DNA of 38,444 nucleotides, from NCBI GenBank assembly GCA_030141605.1, contig JAQGDQ010001490.1, positions 1-38,444 of the forward strand. The letters run 5' to 3'. Origin of the DNA: Tubiluchus corallicola (taxonomy: Eukaryota; Animalia; Priapulida). The notes below the pieces were generated by a model. The model was not told the origin of the DNA and did no database searches. It saw only the letters and a program-made list of their open reading frames with translations. Both the position numbers and the translations under genes were made by a program. Below, piece after piece: positions 12,248 to 27,230 of this stretch; the first letter of the stretch is position 1, and the number at the start of each line of letters is the position of its first letter.

Positions 12248-12779
12248 GTTTGCATCCTTCTGTCTCGGAAGACAATGGAGTGTGCGCCAAAAGAGTCAAT
12301 TATTGATCACATTGATGGAGCTGCAGCGTCGACTGTGACTGAGCAGTGCGATCCTTGAACCTCTCCAGGCCGCACCCATGGGCAAGGTGTATGGAGATCC
12401 TGAGTTGGCCAGACAACAGGAACCCCCTCTCTTACTCCGTGGTGTAGTTCAAAGGAAAGCGGAGCGATGCGTTTGGCACCAGGTTGGCTGCAGGAGCTGC
12501 CGGAGTCAGTGAGCATGCTGCACTGGTCCGCCTTCGGGGCTCCACTCCTGATTTGGAAGGTTTACTCCTCTACACATGACCGTTGGGTCACTTGACCGCC
12601 TCCGCCCTCTAGCCGTCGGCTGCTTGAGCAGCTCCTCCGCCTAGTGTGGAGATACAGTGTGGGCATCCCGCAAGCCTACAGCACCTGGTATTCCTAGGCG
12701 GTCACCCATCCTAGTACTAACCAGGCTCTACGTTGCTTAACTTCGGTGATCAGACGAGAACCGGTGTTTTCAACGTGAT
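12248..12779 (-). mobile_element. 5S-rRNA-derived SINE (SINE3 type), missing the first ~11 nt
   Basis: Reverse complement of the full copy at 37726-38369; 5S-like head at ~12672-12779. Confidence 0.9.
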
Positions 12780-13573
12780 TTTAAACTCTATTTATCACCA
12801 CTACGCCCACTCAATGCTGCTATGAGAAAGCGATTATAAAAACCTCCTGTCATTAGAGAAACTTCTAAATCTTCTCAGTTGACTGACTTGATTCAGTTTA
12901 ACTTTTTTTATTTTTCTTCTTAAGTGGATCAGAGAAACGAAGCGTTTAACAGTTAACAGCTGGAGGAGGAAGAGTTTCCGTTTATTTTACGAGGATTTAC
13001 CGACATTAAGTGCACAGATTAACGCCCTCATGTGATCCAAAAATAAATTATAAATCAGTGGGGGGTAAGCGGGTATGTGTCTCTTAAGTGTAAGGAATTT
13101 GTCAACTTGGAACCGAACATTAACGATTTTTGTTCGCATCATAACTTTTGATGAAGCCAGACGTGTTTTAGTGTCTAATAGTCGTGATGAACGAGCTAAA
13201 GCACTCCTGCCCTTCTCTTCTTACAACATGTTTTGTCTTAGGCCAAAGGAAGCTATTTAGCCGTACTTGCAAACCGATTAACTAGGTTATCTAAGCTAAA
13301 GCAGTCCTGCCCTTCCCTTCTTACAACATGTTTTGTCTTAGGCCAAATGAAGCTATTTAACCATACTTGCAAACCGATTAACTAAGCTATCTAAGCTAAA
13401 GCAGTCCTGCCCTTCACTTCTTACAACATGTTTTGTCTTAGGCCAAATGAAGCTATTTAGCCGTACTTGCAAACCGATTAACTAAGCTATCTAAGCTAAA
13501 GCAGTCCTGCCCTTCACTTCTTACAACATGTTTTGTCTTAGGCCAAATCAAGCTATCTAGCCGTACTTGCTCT
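12780..13573 (+). repeat. Terminal module A, copy 3 (complete), with 100-bp sub-repeats at ~13194-13570
   Basis: Direct repeat of 1-708 from 12853; inverted repeat of ~22882-23761. Confidence 0.93.
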
Positions 13574-13630
13574 ACCAGGCTCTACGTTGCTTAACTTCGG
13601 TGATCAGACGAGACGTGATATGGCCGTAGT
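13574..13630 (-). pseudogene. 5' fragment of 5S rRNA / SINE head (mirror of 9554-9610)
   Basis: ACCAGGCTCTACGTTGCTTAACTTCGGTGATCAGACGAGACGTGATATGGCCGTAGT. Confidence 0.85.
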
Positions 13631-14677
13631 ATACTGTATACAATGTCTGTAGTGTTTAGTGAAGCCTTGATGATTAGTTATCATATGCCGCCTGACCGGA
13701 TATCATTTTGTGCGGATTAATACAAACAAAACATGTTGATAACTTTGCAGGGGAGTTTTTACACGTGTGGAAGGAAGCCAGCAAGCTTGTATTTAAAAAA
13801 AACGTTGCATAGCTGCACCAGATTAAAGGAAAACACAACGATTTTTCACTTGTTTCTACACCACTTTGTAACACCTGCAATAGTTAAAGGTAGGCAGGAT
13901 GATTTTTCATATACTACCCCATTTTCAACTTCCATAAAAAGTATACATTTTACACGATTAATACTACAAAAGCATTTCTAATAACTAAATAATAGATTAA
14001 AAACTTAATCAACTACTGATGACGTCACAAACTAACATACTTTTCAACTCCAAAAATCTGCCACGAGCGTATTGCACGTGTTTGCGAAAGCAAAAATTGA
14101 AGTACAGTGCTACTGTAAGATATTCAGTGTATCGTACTATAACTATGCTGGTTTAACATTCAAATTTTAAATTTACCTCTGTGCGCACGCATGAGCTGTC
14201 GAACGTGTGTAGTTCGTCACAAACTAACACCTCTGAACTGAGAGGTACAGCACCTGTATTTTGCACAGCGCGTTCCCAATGTAGTACCCATCTAACTAGC
14301 AACTGTCGAAATACATGTAACAGCCAAGAATTGTGAACGCGAAATGACATTTAGTAACAAAACTTTCGCGTAAGCCATTCTTGAAAAAGTAGTTAGTTAC
14401 TTTAATATTTTATAGGGTGATGTTACTGACTGAGTTTGCATTCAAAAGGATTAAACTAGTTTCAGTTAGAACATAAATACATAAAGTTTAATAATAGTTG
14501 TAATTTTTTTCTTTATTAACAAATCAGATTTTAATTTCACATTTTTTTTACTTTTGCATACATATCGTACATGTAAATCCCATTCTAAGCCTGTATGTGT
14601 TCCATCGTACATGCATTTATTAATGAATTATTAAGATGTAGTTGTAATTGTTTAGTCACTTAATAATAACATCCTTG

Positions 14678-15634
<957 letters not shown>

Positions 15635-16088
15635 GAATACAAATTATACTACATTATATACAACTGTTATAATACAAGTGCTGCCCTCTATTTGTAGAGG
15701 AAACGTATTTAACGGTAAATACAATCAAACCGGGACTTAAATATACGTATATAAGTTAATATCACAATTTTATCTATCAGTTTATCTAACAATATCTATA
15801 TTAGTATAACAATTTGGCTTTCCTATTCTGAAAGAATTATTTTTAGAATTTTGCATTAAATTAGCCAGAAAGTCGTCCATTGTTAAATTGATTTTAAAAC
15901 TTCTGTGTTGCGTTCGCCTATGATGAGATTTATATCTATGTTGGTCATTTATCTGTTAAAGCATTTCTTTTGGTTTTGTCCGCTAGATGGCATTAAAACA
16001 ATAAACGATGCGTGGTCTACCATTCATACATTCGCGTTTGTCAGTATTTGCATATCCGATACGGTAAAAAAATTCTGTGAAATTACCT

Positions 16089-16457
16089 TGTTGTGTTTTG
16101 TTTCTCCTGCAAGGCTCGTAGAGAAAAGCAGAAAACACTTCGTCAAATTAAACTAGTTTATTAAGCGAGAATTCTACAACACAAAAGTATGAAGGAACGC
16201 GAAGTGTTTACAGTAAACGTGAAAATCTGGAAAACGTTTAAGTGTATCTGCAAATACAAGTATACAAGAGAATGTGTAAGTGGCGTCTGTGTGAATCTGC
16301 GTGTCTCTCTCAGCGGCCTGCTTCGCCTTACATAGGGTGCCAGAGAACATTCCAGACGTTTCTTTCTAGAACATTCTACAAGGTAAGACGATCATTGCAA
16401 CGGAACATTCTACAATGTTTTATGTAATTCTAATAGATGCCAACGATCTCCACAACA
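16089..16457 (-). mobile_element. Solo-LTR-like element (mirror of 7096-7464)
   Basis: TGTTGTG at 16089, CACAACA ending 16457. Confidence 0.65.
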
Positions 16458-17518
16458 AAGGTGAAAGGTCAAACGCAAATCTTTCTATTTTTCTTCCTCT
16501 TAGACTGATGGGCAATTTCAGTGGGTGTAGATCCTTGGGAAGCCAGAATGTTGTGAAAAATCACGTAAATTAATTCTTTATTCGTGGTGAAAACTTTTAA
16601 TTTAATCATTTTAAATGTTATAGTCAGACAACGTAAAGTTTTTATTCTCGTAAAAGTTAAACTACTTCATCAGTAGTGTACTGGAAATCTTGCATTGGCG
16701 TGCTGCTTTGCTGCCTTCGCTTGTTGTCGGCTTTGGCAACCTTGTGGCGATTTTTGGCCTAATCACGTGATCAATTTGATCTGGGTCAGAGGCCTACTGT
16801 GAAGTGAAGACGTGTCGTGATAAGTTGATAAGATATTGTCGTTATCTGTTTACAATTGCTTATGATTTGGGGCTAATAACGTATGTATATCCTCTAATTA
16901 CTTTATAAAATTCAAATTTACTTTAAGATAACAGCTAGGTATTAACTAATACGACAGTGCAGTGTGTAACTCTTAATTATGCAAAATCGACTTTTGGCTA
17001 TTATTATTTTTTGTTTATTTGTTATTTTTTGGTACTAATTTCTTATGTTTAGATGGAATGACATGTTTTGGCAAATGAAGAGCAAAGAAAGAGCAAAATT
17101 TAATCGAGCTTCGAATTTGGTTTTGAAAGCCCAAGCAAGTAGTTACAGACATCGCAGATTAATTTCTCGGTGTAATTAGCTGTATATGACTAGTGGCTCT
17201 TAGGAGCTCAGGTTAGACAAAACACCTGCACACCAACCTCATTAGTAATTCCTCTGAGGTACCTGTGAGATCAGACAGAAGCCAAAGAGTTTCTTAAAAG
17301 GAAACGAATTTATGAGATCGGAAGATTGTGTCACGTGACACGATGACTCGGAGGACCTTATTCTAATTGATTCTGTGTCATACAGGACATCAGAAGGTTG
17401 TATTTGACCAGAGATGCGTGTCACTTTGCTTTGTAGCCATTGATGTAAATGAAACCCTCGGTATATTATAAGCTTTGCTTAGATTCAATCTCATTTTAAT
17501 CTAATATTTAGGCTAGTT

Positions 17519-18068
17519 ATATATATATATATATAATAATCTTTATTTGCCATTAAAAACATTGATAATCACTGATAAAAACTTTATAGAGATAATCAAT
17601 CAGTGTTAGTTAATAAAAACTTACACTGCTGAAGGCAAATGCGTCAGTGCAATCTAAACTACTGTGCAGTAATGACGAATAAAATCAAACATATTTACAA
17701 CTATACACAAAAAAATATAAAAAAAAACTATGATTTAATTAATATGGCCGTGGGTATATGAATTCGGAATTAGTGTGTATGTTGTCGTACTGGTGTGATG
17801 GTATTTCATATCTGGTTAATATTAGTGATTTTAATTTTGTTTTAAATGCTGATAGGGACTTGATTTGTTTAACCTGTAATGGTAGAGAATTCCAAAGTAA
17901 AATTGCTTGTTTGATTACAGAGTTCGTTCCATAGTGGGTATTTGTCCTAATTTGTTTTAGATTGCTTGTTCTGGAATTAACGATAGGATTTGGAAAAAAG
18001 GTAAATCTGTTATTCTGGAATGGTTTGCTGATGTTGTTAATGTATTTAAATATAAAAAGCAATATAGT
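17519..18068 (-). mobile_element. CR1/L2-group LINE 3' fragment (mirror of 5485-6034)
   Basis: Identical 107-aa ORF 17739-18062. Confidence 0.85.
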
Positions 18069-18807
18069 TCATAGCAATGCACTGAAATAACGCGTCTTTT
18101 CAATTTCTTGACGGTGGGTGGTCAAGTATTTGTTGCAACATTTTCCGGCGAGATTATTTTTATTACACCGCATAAGAATAGTTTGGAAATGAACGTCCCA
18201 GGGCGCCTATCACGTGACGTAGCGTGCTAAAAAGCGCCTGCGACAACGCGTCAGACTTTGACGTTATCAATAATAACAATCTACTGGTTGTATTAGTTCG
18301 TAACAGCGCAATTAAACTGACTGAATTCATGTCTTCCATCAATCAAACATAATGCATGTGAAGCAGATACTGTCACCATAATAACGAACTAAGTTCAGGA
18401 AGTATAAGTCTACAAATTTACCATACTTTGTAAAGGCTTATGTACATCGAGATTCGTTTTTGTTATCGTATCTATTGTATGGGTTTTGTAAATTTCAATT
18501 AAGTATTAAAGGAAGACCGGGCGACTGTTTAGACTCAATCTCATTTATTTCACTTTCCAGAATATACATTTTCTTGCCTATAAAAGTTGGCGATTGTTTC
18601 TTATATTTGAATAATTAGCTTGGAAAGCGAGTTTATTCAACCGAACACAGCTATTGCTTACATCAGAAACAAACCACAGTTTGTGTAATGGCAGGTATCT
18701 TCCCTTGCGCATCAAGCACATTTGCGTAAGTGTTACTGCTTAAATGCGTGGTGTCACGAAAATGGGCTGTACATCATATGACGTGATAAATTAATACGGC
18801 AGTTCAT

Positions 18808-19649
18808 GAACAATGGACTGCTGATATCAGCCTCCAGTGTCAGAGAAGCATGGACTGCTGATATCAGCCTCCAGTGTCAGAGAACAATGGACTGCTGACA
18901 TCAGCCCCCAGTGTCAGAGAACAATGGACTGCTGACATCAGCCTCCAGTGCCAGAGAATAATGGACTGCTGACATCCGTCTCTGTGTCAGAGAACAGTGG
19001 ACTGCTGACGTCAGCCCCTATTGTCAGAGAACAATGGACTGCTGACATCAGTCTGTGTCAGAGAACAGTGGACTGCTGACGTCAGCCCCTATTGTCAGAG
19101 AACAATGGACTGCTGACGTCAGTCCCAGTGTCAGAGAACAGTGGACTGCTGACGTCAGTCCCAGTGTCAGAGAACAATGGACTGCTGACATCAGCTCCCA
19201 GTGTCAGAGAACAATGGACTGCTGACATCAGCTCCCAGTGTCAGAGAACAATGGACTGCTGACGTCAGTCCCAGTGTCAGAGAACAATGGACTGCTGACA
19301 TCAGCTCCCAGTGTCGGAGAACAATGGACTGCTGACATCAGCTCCCAGTGTCAGAGAACAATGGACTGCTGACATCAGCTCCCAGTGTCGGAGAACAATG
19401 GACTGCTGACATCAGCTCCCAGTGACAGAGAACAATGGACTGCTGACGTCAGCCCCTATTGTCAGAGAACAGTGGACTGCTGACGTCAGTCCCAGTGTCA
19501 GAGAACAGTGGACTGCTGACATCAGCTCCCAGTGTCGGAGAACAATGGACTGCTGACATCAGCTCCCAGTGTCAGAGAACAATGGACTGCTGACATCAGC
19601 TCCCAGTGTCAGAGAACAATGGACTGCTGACATCAGCTCCCAGTGTCAG
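18808..19649 (-). repeat. 37-bp minisatellite (mirror of 3904-4745)
   Basis: Reverse-complement array of the same length. Confidence 0.95.
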
Positions 19650-22213
19650 CCCTCTGGGGAGTCCATATCAGATTGCAAATGGCAAGATGACGGCCCAATT
19701 AATATAGATCATACGGAAACGATAGTTAAAGTTAATGCTCTTACCTATAAGCCAAATGTTTAGCAGGAAGCTCGTCAGCATTTTGTTCAACGTAATCAGC
19801 TTTATCTCATGTTAGTATGAGTCGGTTAAAGAAGGCTTAAATGACGGATCTTTGCGCTCGAATAAACGGAAAAACTTTCGGCTTTTTCAGGACCATGCCA
19901 GTAATTATTATTGGGCAGTAGTATAGCTGACAACACTTTCTTTACGGTTACTGAACTGGATCTGGTGTGCTTTGAACTTTGGAAGCAAAATATGAGCTTT
20001 ATGTACAATTTTGTTGCTGCCCTATTGAAAGATATGATTTTGTACACAGTTCGGCAAGCTGGAAGCCACCAGTCAACGCAGAGCCTAGTAAAATGTTGAT
20101 GGTGGCGGGACCGGTCCGATTGTCAAGAGGATCGTTTAAGTCGAGACATTGAATTGGCTAGTGTCTTGGAAACTCGTGATGTCTACGCATTTTCCTAGTG
20201 ATATTGTAGTAGATACCACTCATGAGTTTCCACAATGGTCACTTATCCATTTATTAACCGGGATTAACTTTGATAGCCAAATTGTGTACATCGTTCCACT
20301 TATCATCGGAATAGCAATGCTAGTTGTTTTTAAATTACTGTTACGTGCTTATAACCTGAAACTAGAGCTACGAGCTTTCAGCATTCAGCTTGGTAGGCCT
20401 TATTTGCTTTTAAAAGTCGTGTATCATCGCTAAAAAACTGATTCCCGGTTGTTACCAATAATTCAATTCAATTCAATTTTATTTTCTCAATAGCAGTTTA
20501 AAATTCGTCATAATTATTTTTACATTTCATTGCAGCTGAGAAGGAGCAGCGAAAGACCTATTGGTCACTTGGTCAGCTGCCCCTTATTAAAAGTACAAGT
20601 TTACTCACAGGCTCATGACATTTTTTAGGTGTTTGTGTATATATAAAAGGCAAAAGCAACAAAAATCAACTCAAAGCAGAAATGCAATTCTAAGCATAAC
20701 AAGGAATGACATCAAACAAAAAATTAATGAAATTCAATGTAGAGCAAAAAATAATATCAAACAAAAAAACAACAAAAATCTACTTAAAACAAAAATGCAG
20801 TTCCGCTCAGAACAAAAGGAAGTTATCACAAGCAATGCAAAACGGAATTTAACTCACAGCAAAAAATTATATCAAACAAAATGAAACTCAAAGCGAAAAT
20901 TTTATAAAGCAAAAACAATTCAACTGAAGGTAAAAGAATTTGTCAAAAAACAAAGCAAAACTGAATTCAACTTAGAGCAAAAATTATATCACACAAAAAC
21001 AACAAAAACAAACTCAAGAGCAAAAACAAAATTCAGTTTAAAGCAAAACATATATCAAGCAACAGTAACAAAAATCAGCGCAAGGCGAAACCTAAAAAAA
21101 ATCAAAACCAACGATGCATTAAATTCAGTCTGAGTTTTTAGCAGCACCTTATACAGTCTTTACAGACGACACATTGCTTCTCAGCGTCTGCAGGTGTTGA
21201 TTACAGGTGTGGTATTATGTTACCTGCACGGTTCTTTGTGAACAATTTTGAAGCCTTTTAAGTTTCGACGCGAAATTGTTACAAACATTTGAAAATTACA
21301 TTTCCTTCGCCACTAAAGGAAATAAAGCCACGTGAATTGAAATGACATGTTTGTCCGATTGCATCATAGAAGGAATACGATAGAAAAGGGTAGAATACTT
21401 CACCCAATTAGCTGGCAATTAACGATAACATTAATTAATCATGAGCGTGATTACCTGGGCCTTTATTTTTAACAATTATTACCCCCTGCGGGTAGTGAGT
21501 TGGAGAAAGAAAGCAGATTCTGAATAATTGTGAACCAGACGCATTGCTGAAAAAGCAGGTGCTGTACATCTCAGTTTAAAGATGTTCAGTTGTGACGTAG
21601 TCCACACGTTCGAGAGTTCAGCTGCGTGAGCACAGCAGTAAACTTGAATTTTAAATTTTAAATTTGCTGAGTTTTGAAAATCACATGGAATGTTATACAA
21701 TAGCACGGTACCTTTGCAAACATCATAATGTCTATGCTGCTGCAAATTTTATTCAGTTGTTGAACTGACCACTAGATGGCTCCTCTGCCGTTAACTATGT
21801 TTTTAACCTATTTTATAATGACCAGAAACGCTTTCCATTATTATTGGTGATAAAACATACACTTCCTACCTTGGTAAAATGGTACATTGGTAAAATGTGC
21901 TTGAAAAAGGGGTAGGGTATTAAAAGCCATCTTTTTCCTTTAATTTTCCTGGCCTAGCATAGAGAACTAACTGGCACGCTTTCTTTTTGACCTTTCGTTG
22001 AACTTTCCAAGCACTTTGGAGTTTCTCTACGTGAGCATGTTGATTTGCAACACGTGCGTTTCCACTAATCAGCTGCTAATTTTACCGTTAGTTTCAAGCG
22101 AAGCCATGTAAAAAGTTAAAGAACGTTTTCATTTGGCACTGGCTTCTATACCTCTACTTCTTGTCAATTAGCGGTGTTTGTTTGCTTGTTTGTCACCTTC
22201 AGTAGAGTTTGTT

Positions 22214-22842
<629 letters not shown>

Positions 22843-22881
22843 TGTTTCAAATTTATCTCTCAGTTTTACATTCTCAAAAGA

Positions 22882-23761
22882 GCTGAATAGCTTCCTTTGG
22901 CCTAAGACAAAACATATTGTAAGAAGGGAAGGGCAGGACTGCTTTAGCTTAGATAGCCTAGTTAATCGGTTTGCAAGTACGGCTAAATAGCTTCATTCGG
23001 CCTAAGACAAAACATGTTGTAAGAAGGGAAGGGCAGGAGTGCTTTAGCTTAGATAGCTTAGTTAATCGGTTTGCAAGTATGGTTAAATAGCTTCATTTGG
23101 CCTAAGACAAAATATGTTGTAAGAAGGGAAGGGCAGGACTGCTTTAGCTTAGATAGCCTAGTTAATCGGTTTACAAGTACGGCTAAATAGCTTCATTTGG
23201 CCTAAGACAAAACATGTTGTAAGAAGGGAAGGGCATGACTGCTTTAGCTTAGATAGCTTAGTTAATCGGTTTACAAGTACGGCTAAATAGCTTCATTTGG
23301 CCTAAGACAAAACATGTTGTAAGAAGAGAAGGGCAGGAGTGCTTTAGCTCGTTCATCACGACTATTAGACACTAAAACACGTCTGGCTTCACAAAGTTAT
23401 GATGCGAACAAAAATCGTTACTGTTCCGTTCCAAGTTGACAAATTCCTTGCACTTAAGAGACACATACCCGCTTACCCCCCACTGATTTATAATTTATTT
23501 TTGGATCACATGAGGGCGTTAATCTGTGCACTTAATGTCGGTAAATCCTCGTAAAATAAACGGAAACTCTTCCTCCTCCAGCTGCTAACTGTTAAACGCT
23601 TCGTTTCTCTGATCCACTTAAGAAGAAAAATAAAAAAAGTTAAACTGAATCAAGTCAGTCAACTGAGAAGATTTAGAAGTTTCTCTAATGACAGGAGGTT
23701 TTTATAATCGCTTTCTCATAGCAGCATTGAGTGGGCGTACTGGTGATAAATAGAGTTTAAA
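22882..23761 (-). repeat. Terminal module A, copy 4, with ~4.7 copies of the 100-bp repeat
   Basis: CCTAAGACAA at 22901, 23001, 23101, 23201, 23301. Confidence 0.93.
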
Positions 23762-23899
23762 ATCACGTTGAAAACACCGGTTCTCGTCTGATTACCGAAG
23801 TTAAGCAACGTAGAGCCTGGTTAGTACTTGGATGGGTGACCGCCTAAGAATACCAGGTGCTGTGGGCTTGCGGGATGCCCACACTTTATCTCGACACTA
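23762..23899 (+). mobile_element. 5S-SINE head, missing the first ~11 nt and truncated just after the head
   Basis: ATCACGTTGAAAACACCGG...AGTTAAGCAACG...GGATGGGTGACCGCC...GGGATGCCCACACT. Confidence 0.88.
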
Positions 23900-23941
23900 T
23901 AACCTGTATAGATATAGCTTGGATAGGTTTTTTTTCTAAAT

Positions 23942-24414
23942 GTTGGTTGGCATCCTTCTGTCTCAGAAGACAATGGAGTGCGTGCCAAGAGAGTCAGTTA
24001 TTGATCACATTGATGGAGCTGCAGCGTCGACTGTGGCTGAGCAGTGCGATCCTTGAACGTCTCCAGGGCAAGGTGTATGGAGATCCTGAGTTGCCCAGAC
24101 AACAGGAACCCCCTCTCTTCCTCGCTGGGTGTAGTCCAAAGGAAAGCGGAGCGATACGTTTGTCATCAGATTGGCTGCAGGAGCTGCCGGAGTCAGTGAG
24201 CATGCTGCACTGGTCCGCCTTCGGGGCTCCACTCCTGATTTGGAAGTTGTACACCTCTACACATGGCCGTTGGGTCACTTGACCTCCTCCGCCCTCTAGC
24301 CGTTGGCTGCTTGTGCAGCTCCTGAGCCTAGTGTCGAGATACAGTTTGGGCATCCCACAAGCCTACAGCACCTGGTATTCTTAGGCGGTCACCCATCCAA
24401 GTACTAACCAGGCT
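23942..24414 (-). mobile_element. 5S-SINE copy, 5'-truncated within the head
   Basis: Tail GTTGGTTGGCATCC at 23942; body matches other copies; minus-strand translation includes SRIALLSHSRRC. Confidence 0.9.
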
Positions 24415-24596
24415 AGTTTCTCACAAAAGTCAAGGTTGCCCAATTCTTAGGCAGTAAGTATCTTTTTCGTCCACTACAGCAACCATTTCGTCATTTCATT
24501 TTGTTGTGCGATGAAATAAGTTTGTTTTGCTTTTACTGTGTTTAAATGACGTAATGGAATTCTATGTGATTCATTTTGTACGACTTCATTGTAGGA

Positions 24597-25078
24597 CAGG
24601 GGTGCGCAAATTGCGGCCCGCCGAGAGAATTTGTGCGGCCCGCGAAGAGATTTGTCAACCTAATGAAAGTGCGGCCCGGGCGATTAATTGAGTGTATCCA
24701 GCTGAAGTTCGTGCCACGATCCCAAAGATAGTGCGGGTAGTTTTTTCTACTAGATCGGATGCCATTAACCCTTACAAGACGGTTGTAGGTTAATGTCACT
24801 GTACTACACAGACTGTGTGATACACATTACTAATATGCATTGTAATGAAATTACCACTATCTGTCCTGAAAGTAGAAATATATGGTTTGTAATATAAATT
24901 TTAATAACTTCTAAAATAGTTTCTTGAGCGTAGTAGTAATGATATACGCAGGTCGGATGCAAAAAAATCGTTATTAGGCCCTTCTGTACTTGGCTCCTTG
25001 ATCAAACTGCCCGTGGCCCGCAGGAATTGTGGGAAAGTTTAATGTGGCCCGGCTAGTCAGATAATTTGCACACCCCTG
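24597..25078. mobile_element. hAT-superfamily MITE, 482 bp
   Basis: 16-bp TIRs CAGGGGTGCGCAAATT / AATTTGCACACCCCTG (15/16 match); 8-bp TSD TTGTAGGA / TTGTAGGT; subterminal GCGGCCCG motifs. Confidence 0.88.
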
Positions 25079-25460
25079 TTGTAGGTAATAAATAAACGAA
25101 TGTAGACTGTACAAATACTAATCAGTCACAACTTTTCTGCGTTGCCGTTACCGTTGACGTGCAATCTGTAGTTTTTAAATGTAGCAGTTGACAGACAAAT
25201 GTGAACACGTAACACTGATGTCTATACAGTACTTATTAATGTTTTTGCATGCCGCTTTGTTGTTGTTATTTAGTGTGTAACTTGCTTGTTTTATTATATT
25301 ATTTCTTTCTAATTTTGTTTCTTTACTTTTAGCTTTCCATCAGAATCTCCATAACAAACTTTCTTGGTCAGTGTATGTGAAATCTTACCTTATCCCATTT
25401 CTTTCTCGTTTAGCTCCTTTTCATGCCTCATTTCATAATTAGTTTCCCTTTGGGACAGTT

Positions 25461-25767
25461 AGTTTAGTTTAAACATAATTTATTTAGGATTTGATCAGAC
25501 AGTTTGTACAACATGATTTAGGATCCTCACCACAACAGACTTTATACACTATTTACAAGAACATTTACAGTAAGAATAGACTATACTTAGTTTTTAGTAT
25601 CCTTTAGTATACTAAAGTTTTACTACAGTGATACATTAGACATTAGTAGAAAATGACGGTTAGTAAATATTAATGTACGATTATTTAAGAATGATGCATT
25701 TTATATCAGATAGAAACTACTAGAAGTGTTTAGTACGTAATATAAAGTCAATTTATACATTGGAATA
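25461..25767 (-). mobile_element. Short retroposed element (LINE 3'UTR or SINE-like)
   Basis: 13-bp TSD CTTTGGGACAGTT at 25448 and 25768; minus strand ends AATAAATTATGTTTAAAC plus short AAACT repeats; copies at 36530 and 36841. Confidence 0.75.
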
Positions 25768-26369
25768 CTTTGGGACAGTTGTTGACTAGTCACTGTGTGA
25801 GCCCGGCTTGCGCAGTTAAAACACAAGAAAACCTTCAACTTACATGGAGCTTAGAAAATTCGTCTTGAAATCTTATACCACTTACATATATGCTGAATTT
25901 TTGCATATTACACTTGCGTCGGCAGTAACGCTGTATAAAACGTGTAAATTTAAACTCCCGTGATGACCGTTAGATGCAGCCATTTTGACCACACGTCATT
26001 GAAACAGGTTTAGATAACACTGAGTAAAGTTTGAAAAAATAATCAGAGCATGCGTAGCGCACATCTTGCTAACTTAAAATTACTGTATCTTGTCAAAAAA
26101 ATAAAAAATACGGTCAAAGAAAAATCAGGTTTATGGGGACTGTACAACGAACATACAGTGTAAAATGTACAAACATATACAGCTTATGACAGTTGTTGAC
26201 CATGTTTGAAACTTCACTGACACGTTTATTTTGCCCGTCACAGTTCGGCTATTTTTCTGTTTATTTTGCCAGGGCAGCAGGCGGCTCACAGTGAATGAAA
26301 GGTCTAGGGAGAACAGCAGATGAAGTAAAAAATTGAAAAAATAAACAATCCCTTTTTCAGCGGTCCACG

Positions 26370-26460
26370 CTTTTATATAAAGGTTGCTGACTTCCGCGTT
26401 AACTACATGTTATCTGATTGGCTGATGATAAACTAAATGTTATCTGATTGGCTGATGATG
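26370..26460 (-). promoter_or_regulatory. Candidate Pol II promoter: two CCAAT boxes 30 bp apart plus TATA box
   Basis: 30-bp tandem duplication 26401-26460, each unit with CTGATTGGCT; ACTTCCG ETS-like site; palindromic CTTTTATATAAAAG at 26370-26383. Confidence 0.35.
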
Positions 26461-26558
26461 AAGTCTCGGACGTGTAAGATAAATCAACCGATAGAGGTTG
26501 TTTGATGTTTGCTATGACGACCTTACAGCTGTTGGTTCCTGGGGGGGGGGGTTGTTTT

Positions 26559-27020
26559 GTGTCTGTGTGTGTGTGCGTGTCCGTGTGCGTGTGCGTGTGT
26601 GCGTGTGCGTGTGTGTGTGTGTGCATGTGTGTGTGTGTGTGCGTGTGCGTGTGCATGTGTGTGGGTGCGTGTGCATGTGTGTGTGCGTGTACGTGTGCGT
26701 GTGCATGTGTGTGTGCGTGCATGTGTGTGTGTGCGTGTGGGTGCGTGTGCATGTGTGTGTGCGTGTGCGTGTACGTGTGCATGTGCATGTGTGTGTGCGT
26801 GCACGTGTGTGTGTGTGTATGTGTGCATGTGTGCATGCATGTGTGTGTGTACACGTGTGTGTGTGTGCGTGTGCGTGTGCGTGTGCGTGTGCATGTGTGT
26901 GTGCGTGCACGTGTGTGTGTGCGCGTGTGCGTGTGTGCATGCATGTGTGTTAGTGTGTGCGCAGGTGCGTGTGTGCATGCATGTGTGTTTGTGTGCGTGT
27001 GTGCGTGTGCATGTGCGTGT
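26559..27020 (+). repeat. Degenerate (TG)n alternating purine-pyrimidine array
   Basis: TG repeats interrupted by CG, CA and TA steps. Confidence 0.95.
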
Positions 27021-27230
27021 AATATAACTCGTTCAAAGGCAGCACAACTTGAAAAGGAATATTTGTGGAAAGTGAGAGTTGATTAGTGGTCGGGCACTCA
27101 TCCCCTGAAACGCATGCGCAGTTGTTGAAAGCGAGTATGAAAGAGCTTTAAGCGGGAACCGCTGCAAGATGCGAGTCAACGAAACCTGTTGAATAACGCT
27201 GTTTCAATTAAACAGGCTGGAGAAGCCAGA

